A DNA stretch of 64,000 bases from the NCBI GenBank assembly GCA_036005125.1, contig DASYQV010000020.1:8492-72491 (forward strand), written 5' to 3'. Positions 10,436-19,036 of the stretch are shown piece by piece. Below the pieces are notes generated by a model. The model saw nothing but the letters and a program-made list of their open reading frames with translations. It was not told where the DNA came from and searched no databases. This DNA is from Vicinamibacterales bacterium. Lineage in GTDB: Bacteria > Acidobacteriota > Vicinamibacteria > Vicinamibacterales > UBA2999. The stretch's first letter is position 1; the number at the start of each line of letters is the position of its first letter. Both the position numbers and the translations under genes were made by a program.

Positions 10436-10975
10436 TTGAGGACGAGACGTCACGACGACGGGTTTACGCTGATCGAGCTTCTGATTGTGGTCGCCATCAT
10501 CGGCATCATCGCGGCGATCGCGGTCCCGGGGCTGCTGCGCGCCCGCATGTCGGGCAACGAGGCGTCAGCGATCGGCTCGCTTCGAGCGATCAACACCGCG
10601 CAGCAGAACTTCTCGCAGTTCTGCAACGGCTACGCGGACGCGCTGACCGACCTTGCGATGCGTCCCGGCGGACAGCAGCCGTACCTCTCGCCTGACATGA
10701 CGGCCGGCGCGACCGTCGACAAGAGTGGGTATCGAACGACGATGGCTGCCGGCGCGAGGGGCGTCCCGGTGCTCGCGGCCAACACGAACGCGATGTGCGC
10801 GGCCGTGGGCGTGACCAACGGCTATTACGCGACGGCCGTTGCAATCAATTGGGGATTAACCGGTGCGCGCGCGTTTGCGACCGACGAGCTCGGGACGATT
10901 TTCCAGGACGCCTCCCAGAACGTTCCGCCGCCGCAGCCGCTGACGCCGGGCGGTAACGTCCAGCCTATCCAGTAA
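10436..10975 (+). CDS. pilA: type IVa major pilin, paralog 1
   Basis: TTG start after AAGGAG. The leader is MRTRRHDDG, cleaved before FTLIELLIVVAIIG with Glu at +5. 179 aa, 2 Cys. Confidence 0.9.
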   Translation: MRTRRHDDGFTLIELLIVVAIIGIIAAIAVPGLLRARMSGNEASAIGSLRAINTAQQNFSQFCNGYADALTDLAMRPGGQQPYLSPDMTAGATVDKSGYRTTMAAGARGVPVLAANTNAMCAAVGVTNGYYATAVAINWGLTGARAFATDELGTIFQDASQNVPPPQPLTPGGNVQPIQ

Positions 10976-10982
10976 TCGAGAT

Positions 10983-11111
10983 AACGGAGGTTACGGAGGG
11001 CACGGGATCACACAGAGAAACCGAGGAACGGAGACGGGTTCTGAGGCGTTCTTATTCCGTTCCTCCGTTTCTCTGTGTTTGACCGTTCCCTCCGTCCCCT
11101 TGTTGCCTCCC
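10983..11111. repeat. word-hairpin (word ACGGAGG) after pilin 1
   Basis: Left arm is aacggaggttacggagggcacgg...cacagagaaaccgaggaacggag. Right arm is ttccgttcctccgtttctctgtg...ccgttccctccgt. It is followed by aattttt. Confidence 0.8.
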
Positions 11112-11245
11112 GACAATTTTTGCCACTTCAGGTTGACCCTTTTTGTCAGTGGCCTTAATCTAATGGAGCCCTCCACGGTTCGTCGCTACCCATAACTTGT
11201 TGCAGAGCTATGAGATAGTGCGTGTGCCGGTGATATCGTCCGGGC

Positions 11246-11261
11246 TGGCACCGCCGTTGCT
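11246..11261 (+). promoter_or_regulatory. sigma54 (-24/-12) promoter of pilin 2
   Basis: TGGCAC-cgccg-TTGCT is a perfect consensus. It lies about 130 nt upstream of the GTG start. Confidence 0.8.
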
Positions 11262-11389
11262 CATAGCTGGACCGTGGGCCGTTCGACTAGGCTTGGGCGA
11301 CCGAGCACGTCGAAGGCCACGAGGCGCCGAGTCGGAAGCGCCAGTTCGGATCCACGGGCCCTCCGGCCCGGCTCTCAAGGAGTGACCTA

Positions 11390-11929
11390 GTGAAGAAGAT
11401 GCGCCAGAACGAAGGCTTTACCCTGATCGAGTTGCTGATCGTGGTGGCCATTATCGGGATCATCGCCGCGATCGCGGTTCCAGGGCTGCTGCGTGCCCGT
11501 ATGTCGGGCAACGAGGCGTCGGCGATCGGCTCGCTGCGCGCCATCAACACCGCGCAGCAGAACTTCTCGCAGTTCTGCAATGGCTACGCGGACGCGTTGA
11601 CGGACCTGGCGATTCGTCCAGGGGGTCAGCAGCCGTTCCTCTCGCCCGACCTGACGAGCGGAGCCGCGGTTGACAAGAGCGGCTACACGACCGTGCTGGC
11701 GCCCGGCGCCAACGGTCAGCCGGTTCTCGCGGCCAACACGAACGCGATGTGCGCTGGCGTTGGCGTGACCACGGGATACTACGCGACGGCGGCTGCCATC
11801 AACTGGGGTTCGACCGGAACGCGCGCGTTCGCCACGGACGAGGCCGGCACGATCTTCCAGAACACGGGCAACAACACGCCTCCGCCGCAGCCGCTCACGA
11901 CCGGTGGCGACATCCGCCCGATCCAGTAA
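11390..11929 (+). CDS. pilA: type IVa major pilin, paralog 2
   Basis: GTG start after AAGGAG. The leader is MKKMRQNEG, cleaved before FTLIELLIVV.... 179 aa. The first 65 mature residues are identical to paralog 1. Confidence 0.9.
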   Translation: MKKMRQNEGFTLIELLIVVAIIGIIAAIAVPGLLRARMSGNEASAIGSLRAINTAQQNFSQFCNGYADALTDLAIRPGGQQPFLSPDLTSGAAVDKSGYTTVLAPGANGQPVLAANTNAMCAGVGVTTGYYATAAAINWGSTGTRAFATDEAGTIFQNTGNNTPPPQPLTTGGDIRPIQ

Positions 11930-11951
11930 GACGATCGCATCGCAACACCCC

Positions 11952-11981
11952 GGGGCTGGTTCGCACGCGCGGGCCAGCCCC
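11952..11981 (+). terminator. GC-rich hairpin after pilin 2 (terminator candidate)
   Basis: ggggctgg-ttcgcacgcgcggg-ccagcccc followed by ttgtccgtt. The U-tract is weak. Confidence 0.4.
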
Positions 11982-12260
11982 TTGTCCGTTATGCGGGCTC
12001 CCAGCGAGAATTTGTCCCTACTGCAGGGCCGCATGACGGACCGGGCGCGCGAAGCGCGCCAAGAGACACTGCAACAAGGCAAGGGCTCTGACGTGATATC
12101 GAGGTCAGCGCCCGTGCTTGTCCGTTATGCGGGCTCCCAGCGAGAATTTGTCGCTACTGCAGGGCCGCATGACGGACCCGGCGCGCGAAGCGCGCCAAGA
12201 GACGCTGCAACAAGGCAAGGGCTCTGACGTGATATCGAGGTCAGAGCCCTTGACTTGTTG
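11981..12260. repeat. tandem 2 x 136-bp structured repeat
   Basis: Copy 1 spans 11981-12116 and copy 2 spans 12117-12260. They differ by 3 substitutions/indels. Each copy contains a 13-bp stem, a GC hairpin and a terminal hairpin of about 20 bp. Confidence 0.85.
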
Positions 12261-12290
12261 TACGATTGCCGATCGGAGCACTTTCCGGCC

Positions 12291-13583
12291 ATGACGAAAC
12301 GCCACGTTCGCGCGACGCTGATTGCGCTGTGCGTGCTCGGCCTTGTCGCCTCCGCAACCTCGACCTACGTGCACTACCGGCTGATGCACGATGCCTCCTA
12401 CACGAGCTTCTGCGATATCAGCGAGGCCGTGAACTGCGAGACCGTCTACCGCAGCGCGTACGGCACGGTGGCGGGTATTCCTGTCGCGCTTGGCGGTGTG
12501 ATCTGGTTCAGCCTGGCGCTGCTCCTCACGTTCGTCTCCGAACCATCGGCGCCGCCGGCCAGACCATCGCAGGCCCGTCGCGCGGAAACGGCTGACGCCT
12601 CCGAGTCGTCGGTATCGGGCTATCTCTTCGCGCTCTCGACCGTGGCCCTGGCCGTTGTCTTGTATCTCGCATACGCCTCATTTTTCGTGCTGAAGACAAT
12701 GTGCATCCTCTGCGTGCTGACCTACGTGGCGGTGGTTGGAATCTTTATCGTGTCGGGCGCGTCGAGTCCGGCGCGGCTGGGGTCGCTGCCGCGCTTTGCG
12801 GCGCGCGATCTGCGCCGCCTTGCCCGCTACCCGGTGGCCCTGGTCATCGCGATTCTCTACCTGGCGGGCGCCGCGTCGGCGATTGCTTTCTTCCCTCGCG
12901 ACGCGGTGTCAGCGGCCGCTGCCGCGACCCCCTCGTCCCCTTCGTCCACCTCGGCCAGCGCCGCACCGGCTGCGCCGGCCCCCGCGGCCCAGCTCGATCA
13001 GGTCGCCGGGTTCGAGCAGTGGCTGGATATGCAGCCTCGGGTGCCGCTGGCGGTGCCCAGTGACGGCGCCAAGGTGGTTATCGTCAAGTTCAACGACTAC
13101 CAGTGCCCGCCATGCAAGCAGACATTTCTGCAGTACAAGCCGATCCTGCAGAAGTTCGAGAACTCGCATCCCGGACAGGTGAAGTTCATCACGAAAGACT
13201 TTCCGCTCGAGCCGGAGTGCAACGGAGGCGGCGGTCACACGGCAGCCTGCGAGGCCGCGGCCGCGGTTCGGATGGCGCGGGCGAAGGGACGCGCCGAGGC
13301 GCTCGAGGACTGGTTGTTCGACAACCAGCCGGCGATGTCGCCCGAGCTGGTGAAGAAAGGCGCGCGCGAGGTCGCCCAGGTGACGGACTTCGATGCCCAG
13401 TATCCGCGCGTGCTCGAGCAGGTGAAGGCGGACACCGCGTACGGCCGGCAGCTCGGCGTGAACCGGACGCCGACTTTTTTCATCAATGGCATCAAGATCG
13501 AAGGCGGCCTGCTCCCGAACTTCTTCGAAGCCGCCATCGCACATGAGCTGAAGCGGGCGCAGGGTTCCGCCAGCAAACCGTGA
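12291..13583 (+). CDS. VKOR-domain / DsbA-like thioredoxin fusion (disulfide oxidoreductase)
   Basis: The N-terminal polytopic domain has loop cysteines (FCDISEAVNCE) and a CILC active site. An Ala/Pro/Ser linker follows. The C-terminal thioredoxin fold has CPPC. Confidence 0.8.
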   Translation: MTKRHVRATLIALCVLGLVASATSTYVHYRLMHDASYTSFCDISEAVNCETVYRSAYGTVAGIPVALGGVIWFSLALLLTFVSEPSAPPARPSQARRAETADASESSVSGYLFALSTVALAVVLYLAYASFFVLKTMCILCVLTYVAVVGIFIVSGASSPARLGSLPRFAARDLRRLARYPVALVIAILYLAGAASAIAFFPRDAVSAAAAATPSSPSSTSASAAPAAPAPAAQLDQVAGFEQWLDMQPRVPLAVPSDGAKVVIVKFNDYQCPPCKQTFLQYKPILQKFENSHPGQVKFITKDFPLEPECNGGGGHTAACEAAAAVRMARAKGRAEALEDWLFDNQPAMSPELVKKGAREVAQVTDFDAQYPRVLEQVKADTAYGRQLGVNRTPTFFINGIKIEGGLLPNFFEAAIAHELKRAQGSASKP

Positions 13584-13587
13584 GGAG

Positions 13588-14538
13588 ATGCACGCAATAA
13601 AGACCGAGGGTCTGACCAAGCACTACACGGTTGGATTCTGGCGGCCACGACCCTACGTGGCGCTCGACGGTCTCTCCCTCGAGGTCGCCCCGGCTGAGAT
13701 CTTCGGATTTCTCGGTCCCAACGGCGCAGGCAAGACGACGACGCTGAAGCTGCTGATGCAGCTCGTCTATCCGACGAGCGGCGCCGCCTGGATTCTCGGC
13801 AAGCCGGTCGGTGATCTCGAGGTCAAACGGCGCATCGGCTACCTCCCTGAGAACCCGTACTTCTACGACTATCTCACCGCGAACGAGCTCCTGACCTACT
13901 TCGCCAGCCTGTTCGGCTACCGCGGCGAGGAGCGGCGGCGGCGCGTCGCGGACGTGCTCGACCAGGTCGGGATTGGTGCCGAACGCCGGATGCAGCTTCG
14001 GCAATTCTCGAAGGGCATGATCCAGCGTGTCGGCATCGCGCAGGCGATTCTCAACCAGCCGGAGGTCGTGTTCTTGGACGAGCCGATGTCGGGTCTCGAT
14101 CCGCTCGGCCGGCGCGACATGCGTCAGCTGATGATGCGGCTCCGCGATTCCGGCTGCACGGTTTTCTTCAGCTCGCACATCCTCGCTGACGCCGAGTCGT
14201 TGTGCAGCCGGGTGGCGATTCTGGCCGGCGGCCGGCTCGTCACGACCGGACGCCTTACGGACATGGTCGGGTTCGAGCTGCGTGGGTGGGAACTGATCGT
14301 GTCGGATGTGTCGCGGGAGAAGCTGGCGGCGCTCGGCACGCGTGTGACGCGCATCGTGCCGCTCGCGCATGGCCGATTCTCGTTGGAGCTCCCGCCGGAT
14401 CCGCCGGAAGCCCTCATCGCCGAGCTGGCACGACATGGCGGCCGGATACTCTCGCTCAACCCTGTGCGCGACACGCTCGAGGATCTCTTCGTGCGCCAGA
14501 TTGCCGCGTCGAAGCCGCGCGAGCCGGTCGGAGCCTGA
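13588..14538 (+). CDS. ABC transporter ATP-binding protein (PilH/GldA-like)
   Basis: Walker A GPNGAGKT, a signature-like FSKGMIQR and Walker B VVFLDEP. A GGAG RBS lies 4 nt after the upstream stop. Confidence 0.9.
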   Translation: MHAIKTEGLTKHYTVGFWRPRPYVALDGLSLEVAPAEIFGFLGPNGAGKTTTLKLLMQLVYPTSGAAWILGKPVGDLEVKRRIGYLPENPYFYDYLTANELLTYFASLFGYRGEERRRRVADVLDQVGIGAERRMQLRQFSKGMIQRVGIAQAILNQPEVVFLDEPMSGLDPLGRRDMRQLMMRLRDSGCTVFFSSHILADAESLCSRVAILAGGRLVTTGRLTDMVGFELRGWELIVSDVSREKLAALGTRVTRIVPLAHGRFSLELPPDPPEALIAELARHGGRILSLNPVRDTLEDLFVRQIAASKPREPVGA

Positions 14539-14541
14539 TAC

Positions 14542-15348
14542 ATGCGTCAGATCTGGCTCGTCGCCGGCAGCGTCTTCAAGGAGTCGGTGCGCGACCGGGT
14601 GCCGTACAGCCTCGTTGCATTCGCGGTCCTGCTGATGGCCGCCTCATACCTGATCAGCCAGCTGACCGCCGGTCAGGACCTCAAGATCATCAAGGACCTC
14701 GGGCTTGCGGCCATCGCGACGATCGGTCTGCTGATTGCAATCTTCATCGGCATCGGCCTCGTGTCGAAGGAGGTCGAGCGGAGGAGCATCTACAGCCTGC
14801 TCGCGAAGCCGATATCGCGGGCCAGCTTCATCATCGGCAAATTTTTCGGGCTCGTGTTGACGCTTGCGGTGAACGTCGGCGCAATGACGATTGCCTACTA
14901 TGCCGTGCTGGCGTACATGAACTGGATGGCGGAGCCGGGGGTGCGGCAATCGTGGCCCGCTCCGGCAACTGATGTCCGGCTCGCCGTGCCGATCGTCCTC
15001 ATCCTCGCGCAGCTCACGGTGGTCACGGCCATCGCGCTGTTCTTCTCGACGTTTTCGAGCCCGCTGCTGTCGGCCCTGCTCACGCTCGGCATATGGACGG
15101 CGGGCCATTTCAACGCGGACCTCCGGAACTTCCAGGCAGTCGTCGATTCACCTCCGGCTGTCTATACGGCGCGCACGCTGTACTACCTGCTGCCCAATTT
15201 TGCCTCGTTCGACGTCAAGACGCAGGTCGTCCACGGCGATGCCGTGCCGCCTGCCGACGTCGCCCTGACGCTTGCATATGCCGTCGTGTACGTGGCCGCG
15301 CTGCTCGTGGCGGCGGTGGCAGTCTTCCGGCGGCGTGACTTCAAGTAG
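14542..15348 (+). CDS. ABC-2 type permease (PilI/NosY/GldF-like)
   Basis: 268 aa with about 6 TM segments. It sits directly after the ATPase. Confidence 0.75.
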   Translation: MRQIWLVAGSVFKESVRDRVPYSLVAFAVLLMAASYLISQLTAGQDLKIIKDLGLAAIATIGLLIAIFIGIGLVSKEVERRSIYSLLAKPISRASFIIGKFFGLVLTLAVNVGAMTIAYYAVLAYMNWMAEPGVRQSWPAPATDVRLAVPIVLILAQLTVVTAIALFFSTFSSPLLSALLTLGIWTAGHFNADLRNFQAVVDSPPAVYTARTLYYLLPNFASFDVKTQVVHGDAVPPADVALTLAYAVVYVAALLVAAVAVFRRRDFK

Positions 15349-15391
15349 ATGATGGGCTGCAGGCTACGGACTCCGGGCTACGGGCGAAGTT

Positions 15392-15473
15392 GTAGGCGCG
15401 GGTCTTCAGACCTGACGTACGTAGGCCGGGTCTTTCGACCCGGCACTGCGCCGCATCTAAAGATGCGGCCTAC
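15392..15473. repeat. REP cluster (degenerate P-type REP plus a full P+Q doublet)
   Basis: gtaggcgcgggtcttcagacctgac, then GTAGGCCGGGTCTTTCGACCCGGC-actgc-GCCGCATCTAAAGATGCGGCCTAC. Confidence 0.85.
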
Positions 15474-15482
15474 GACCCAGGG

Positions 15483-16388
15483 ATGACCCACGCCTACCCT
15501 CGTCCCATCGGCGCCATGGCCGCGCTCGTCCTGCTCCTGGCAACGGCGGCGGGACTACAGATGATCCGCGAGCGGCTCGTGCCCGAACCGCCGGCCGAGC
15601 TGCCGATGCTCTGGCTGCATTCGCCCGCTCTCCTCGATCGCATGTCGCTCGAATTCGATGCGCTCGCAGCCGATATCTACTGGATTCGCGCAGTCGTCTA
15701 CTACGGCTCCGTGCGCCGTTCCGGCGAGCCAGAGAAGAACTACGACCTGCTCTATCCGCTGCTCGACATCACGACCACGCTCGACCCGCAGTTCCTTGTC
15801 GCGTATCGGATGGGGGCCATCTTCCTGAGCGAGGGATATCCCGGGGGTCCGGGCCGGCCGGATCTCGCCGTGGCGTTGCTCGAGAAGGGACTGAATCACG
15901 ATCCGAATCGCTGGCAGCTGTTGCACGACATCGGGTTCGTCTACTTCTGGACGATTCACGATTACAAGACCGCGGCGGCGTGGTTCGAGCGCGCCAGCGA
16001 AGTTCCGGGTGCGCCGGTCTGGCTGAAGCCGGTGGCCGCGGGCATGAGCGCCCGGGGGGGCGACCGTCGAACCGCCCGGCTGATGTGGCAGGAGCTGCTC
16101 AAGTCCGACGCCGATTTTCTCGCCGACACCGCGCGTCAGCGGCTCGCGCAGCTCGACGCGCTGGATCAGATCGACGCGCTCCACTCCCTCATTGCCCGCG
16201 TCACGCTCGCCACAGGCCGGCGGCCCACGGCCTGGAGCGATCTGGTGGTCGGGGGATGGCTGCGCGGCGAACCGCGCGATCCTTCGGGGTTTCCGTACGT
16301 GATGGATCCGGCTACGGCGCGGGTGACAGTTTCCCACGAGTCGCGGCTGTTTCCGCTGCCGACCGACCTCGCGATTCCGCACTCCTGA
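15483..16388 (+). CDS. membrane-anchored helical-repeat (TPR-like) protein
   Basis: 301 aa with one N-terminal TM segment and helical-repeat-like segments. It lies between the ABC permease and pilD. Confidence 0.45.
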   Translation: MTHAYPRPIGAMAALVLLLATAAGLQMIRERLVPEPPAELPMLWLHSPALLDRMSLEFDALAADIYWIRAVVYYGSVRRSGEPEKNYDLLYPLLDITTTLDPQFLVAYRMGAIFLSEGYPGGPGRPDLAVALLEKGLNHDPNRWQLLHDIGFVYFWTIHDYKTAAAWFERASEVPGAPVWLKPVAAGMSARGGDRRTARLMWQELLKSDADFLADTARQRLAQLDALDQIDALHSLIARVTLATGRRPTAWSDLVVGGWLRGEPRDPSGFPYVMDPATARVTVSHESRLFPLPTDLAIPHS

Positions 16389-16389
16389 G

Positions 16390-17166
16390 ATGTCGACGCT
16401 TCTCGCAGAGCTGCCCGCGCTCGTTGTTGCCGCCCTGGTCGGCCTCATCGTCGGCAGTTTTCTCAACGTCTGCATTCATCGTCTGCCGCGGAAGGAGTCG
16501 GTGGCCTGGCCAGGTTCCCACTGTCCTCAGTGCGGCCATGCGATCGCCTGGTACGACAACATGCCCGTACTCAGCTATCTCTGGCTGCGCGGGCGCTGCC
16601 GTCACTGTCGTGCCGGCATTCCCGTGAGGTACCTCCTCGTCGAGATTGCAACGGCGGCGCTCTTCGTGGCGGCGGTGCACCTCTACCCGCCCGGCCTCCT
16701 CCTGGCGAGCCGGCTTGTCTTCGGTTGCGCGCTCATCGTGCTGTTTGTTGTCGATCTGGATCACCGGATCCTGCCGAACGTGATCACGGTTCCCGGAATT
16801 GCCGTCGGGTTCGTGTTCGCCGCGCTGTCGGAGCCGGGATGGCGTTCGGCGCTCATCGGCATCGTGGCCGGTGGCGGCATTCCGCTGGCGATCGCATGGC
16901 TGTACGAGAAAGTCCGCGGCCACGAAGGTCTGGGGATGGGCGACGTCAAGATGCTCGCGATGATCGGCGCGTTCCTCGGCTGGCAGCACATGCTGCTGAC
17001 GCTGGTGCTCAGCTCGTTCATCGGGTCGATCATCGGCGTGGCTTTCATCGTGGCGGGAAAGGGGGCGCGGTACGCGCTTCCGTTCGGAACCTTCCTCGCG
17101 GTCGGCGCGCTCGCCACGATCGTCGTGGGCGACAGCTTCCTGTCCTGGTACCTCTCGCAATTCTGA
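16390..17166 (+). CDS. pilD: prepilin peptidase / N-methyltransferase PilD (A24 family)
   Basis: Cys-rich N-terminal motif CPQCG...CRHC, polytopic, with conserved Asp contexts (VVDLDHRILP, GMGDVK). Confidence 0.92.
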   Translation: MSTLLAELPALVVAALVGLIVGSFLNVCIHRLPRKESVAWPGSHCPQCGHAIAWYDNMPVLSYLWLRGRCRHCRAGIPVRYLLVEIATAALFVAAVHLYPPGLLLASRLVFGCALIVLFVVDLDHRILPNVITVPGIAVGFVFAALSEPGWRSALIGIVAGGGIPLAIAWLYEKVRGHEGLGMGDVKMLAMIGAFLGWQHMLLTLVLSSFIGSIIGVAFIVAGKGARYALPFGTFLAVGALATIVVGDSFLSWYLSQF

Positions 17167-18455
17167 TGACGCAGTACGGCTATGCGCTCGTTGGCCTCAC
17201 GGTGCTCGTGGCCGTACTCGTCGGCGTCCTGATGTTTGCCGTACTCCGATTCATGTCGGCCGCACGCGACACCAAACGGCATCTGCGCGACGGCGGCGGC
17301 GGCTCCGAGACGGCGTTCCTGGCTGCGTCGCTTCAGGACGCGATTGCCAGGCTCAAGGCGCAGGAGCGCGCGATGAGCGCGCGTGCGGAGGCTTCGGAGC
17401 GACTGAGCGGGGAGATCGTCTCGAGCCTGACCGCCGGACTGCTCGTTGTCTCGACCGAAGGGCGCGTGCAGATCCTCAACCGCGCCGGCCATCGGCTGCT
17501 GGGACTCCCCGACGGCGTACAGCCGGACAGTTATCGCGAGCTCCTGATGAGCGCCGCGCCGCTGGCGGCAGCGATCGACGAGTGCCTGTTAACTGGCCGG
17601 GCCATCGTGCGGCGGGCCCTGGAGATGCCGCCATCGAGCCGGGCGACGCACTTTGGTGTAACGGTGTCACCACTTGCGAGCGAAGAGGGCGCGCAGCAAG
17701 GCGCGATTTGCCTTTTCTCCGACTTGACGGCGGTTGTCGATCTCGAGGAACAGCTTCGGCTGAAGGATACGCTCGCACGTCTCGGTGAGCTGACGGCCGG
17801 CATCGCCCACGAGTTTCGGAACGGCCTCGCGACGATTCACGGCTACAGCCGGCTCATCGATCTCCAACAGCTGCCCGACGGCTATCGCCCGTACATCGAA
17901 GGTATCCGGCAGGAGACGGAGGCGCTGGGGAAAATCGTGACGAACTTTCTGAACTTCGCCAAGCCCGAACAAGCCGTGCTCCAGCCGGTGGATCTCGGCT
18001 CGATCGTGCAAAGCGCGGCCGAAGACGTCAGTCACGACCTCGTAAGAGGGCGGGCGTTGTCGCTCGAAGGGACCTTTGGCACCGTCCAGGGTGACGATGT
18101 CCTCCTGCGGCAGGTGTTCAGCAATCTGGTGCGCAACGCGGTCGAGGCGTGTGAAGGTGCCGGCGTGGCGCCTCGGGTAACTATTGTTGGCGATGTCGAT
18201 CAGGTCCAGGGACTGGTACGCGTCTCGGTCAACGACAACGGACCCGGGATCGCGGCGGCCGTCGGCGATCGCGTGTTCCGTCCGTTCTTTACGACCAAAG
18301 CGCACGGGACGGGCCTGGGCCTGGCCATCGTCCAGAAAATCGTCGTGACACACAATGGCCGCGTTGCCCTAGGCGCGTCTCCCGAGGGCGGTGCCAGCGT
18401 TCAGGTGACGCTGCCGGTTTACAGGGGCGCCAATCATGTGATTCGCGACTTGTGA
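17166..18455 (+). CDS. sensor histidine kinase (1 TM, PAS, HisKA, HATPase; NtrB/PilS2-like)
   Basis: The ATG at 17166 overlaps the pilD stop. The H-box is AHEFRNGL, with G-boxes NDNGPGI and GTGLGLAIV. Confidence 0.85.
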   Translation: MTQYGYALVGLTVLVAVLVGVLMFAVLRFMSAARDTKRHLRDGGGGSETAFLAASLQDAIARLKAQERAMSARAEASERLSGEIVSSLTAGLLVVSTEGRVQILNRAGHRLLGLPDGVQPDSYRELLMSAAPLAAAIDECLLTGRAIVRRALEMPPSSRATHFGVTVSPLASEEGAQQGAICLFSDLTAVVDLEEQLRLKDTLARLGELTAGIAHEFRNGLATIHGYSRLIDLQQLPDGYRPYIEGIRQETEALGKIVTNFLNFAKPEQAVLQPVDLGSIVQSAAEDVSHDLVRGRALSLEGTFGTVQGDDVLLRQVFSNLVRNAVEACEGAGVAPRVTIVGDVDQVQGLVRVSVNDNGPGIAAAVGDRVFRPFFTTKAHGTGLGLAIVQKIVVTHNGRVALGASPEGGASVQVTLPVYRGANHVIRDL

Positions 18456-18533
18456 TTTGCGATTGAAGCCGCGAATCACCAATCACAAATCACGAATCAA
18501 AATCACAAAATCACAAATCACGAATCGCAAATG
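18431..18533. repeat. word-hairpin (word GATTYGY / ACAAATC)
   Basis: The left arm aatcatgtgattcgcgacttgtgatttgcgattg includes the last 8 kinase codons. The right arm is gaatcaccaatcacaaatcacgaatcaaaatcacaaaatcacaaatcacgaatcgcaaatg. Confidence 0.85.
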
Positions 18534-18538
18534 AAGAC

Positions 18539-18554
18539 TGGCCCGCTGATTGCT
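18539..18554 (+). promoter_or_regulatory. sigma54-type promoter candidate for the minor-pilin operon
   Basis: TGGCCC-gctga-TTGCT has one mismatch to TGGCAC-N5-TTGCW. The GC of the -12 box lies 13 nt before the GTG start at 18566. Confidence 0.5.
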
Positions 18555-18565
18555 CATCGGCGGGC

Positions 18566-19036
18566 GTGTCGATCACATCCCGAATCGCGTCGACGGCCGG
18601 CATCTCGCTGGTGGAGGTGATTGTTGCGACGGCGCTCCTCGCGACCTCGATTATCGGCGTGGCACAACTCTTCGCCGTCGCCATCGGCTCCAATATCGCG
18701 TCGCAGACCGTGACGTGTACGACCGTGCTCGCCGCGCAGAAGTTGGAACACCTGCGGAGCGACACGCGACTGACGCCATCTCCGCCCCGTGCGCTGGAGG
18801 AGGACACGCCGGGCCATGTCGATTATGTCGATGCGTGGGGGAGTGTTCTGGACGAACGCGGCCCTCCGGATGGCGCCCGGTACGTTCGCCGCTGGTCGGT
18901 GCGGCCGTCGCCTGCCGATCCCGAAAACACGTTCATCCTTCAAGTGCGTGTGGCGCGGGTCGGCCCTCCGGCCAGCCGCGAGCGATTGCCGGGCGAGGCC
19001 TGGCTGGTCACCGTGAGGACGAAGGTGGCGCCATGA
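18566..19036 (+). CDS. PilV-like minor (pseudo)pilin
   Basis: The leader is MSITSRIASTAG, cleaved before ISLVEVIVATALLA with Glu at +5. 156 aa. Confidence 0.7.
   Translation: MSITSRIASTAGISLVEVIVATALLATSIIGVAQLFAVAIGSNIASQTVTCTTVLAAQKLEHLRSDTRLTPSPPRALEEDTPGHVDYVDAWGSVLDERGPPDGARYVRRWSVRPSPADPENTFILQVRVARVGPPASRERLPGEAWLVTVRTKVAP

Noticed and set aside
11904-12227. A 107-aa ORF (and the 94-aa ORF on the other strand, 12105-12389) spanning the tandem 136-bp repeat, considered as a small repeat protein.
   Set aside because: The repeat period of 136 is not divisible by 3, so the two nearly identical DNA copies are read in different frames. There is no RBS. The sequence is dominated by strong RNA-type stems.
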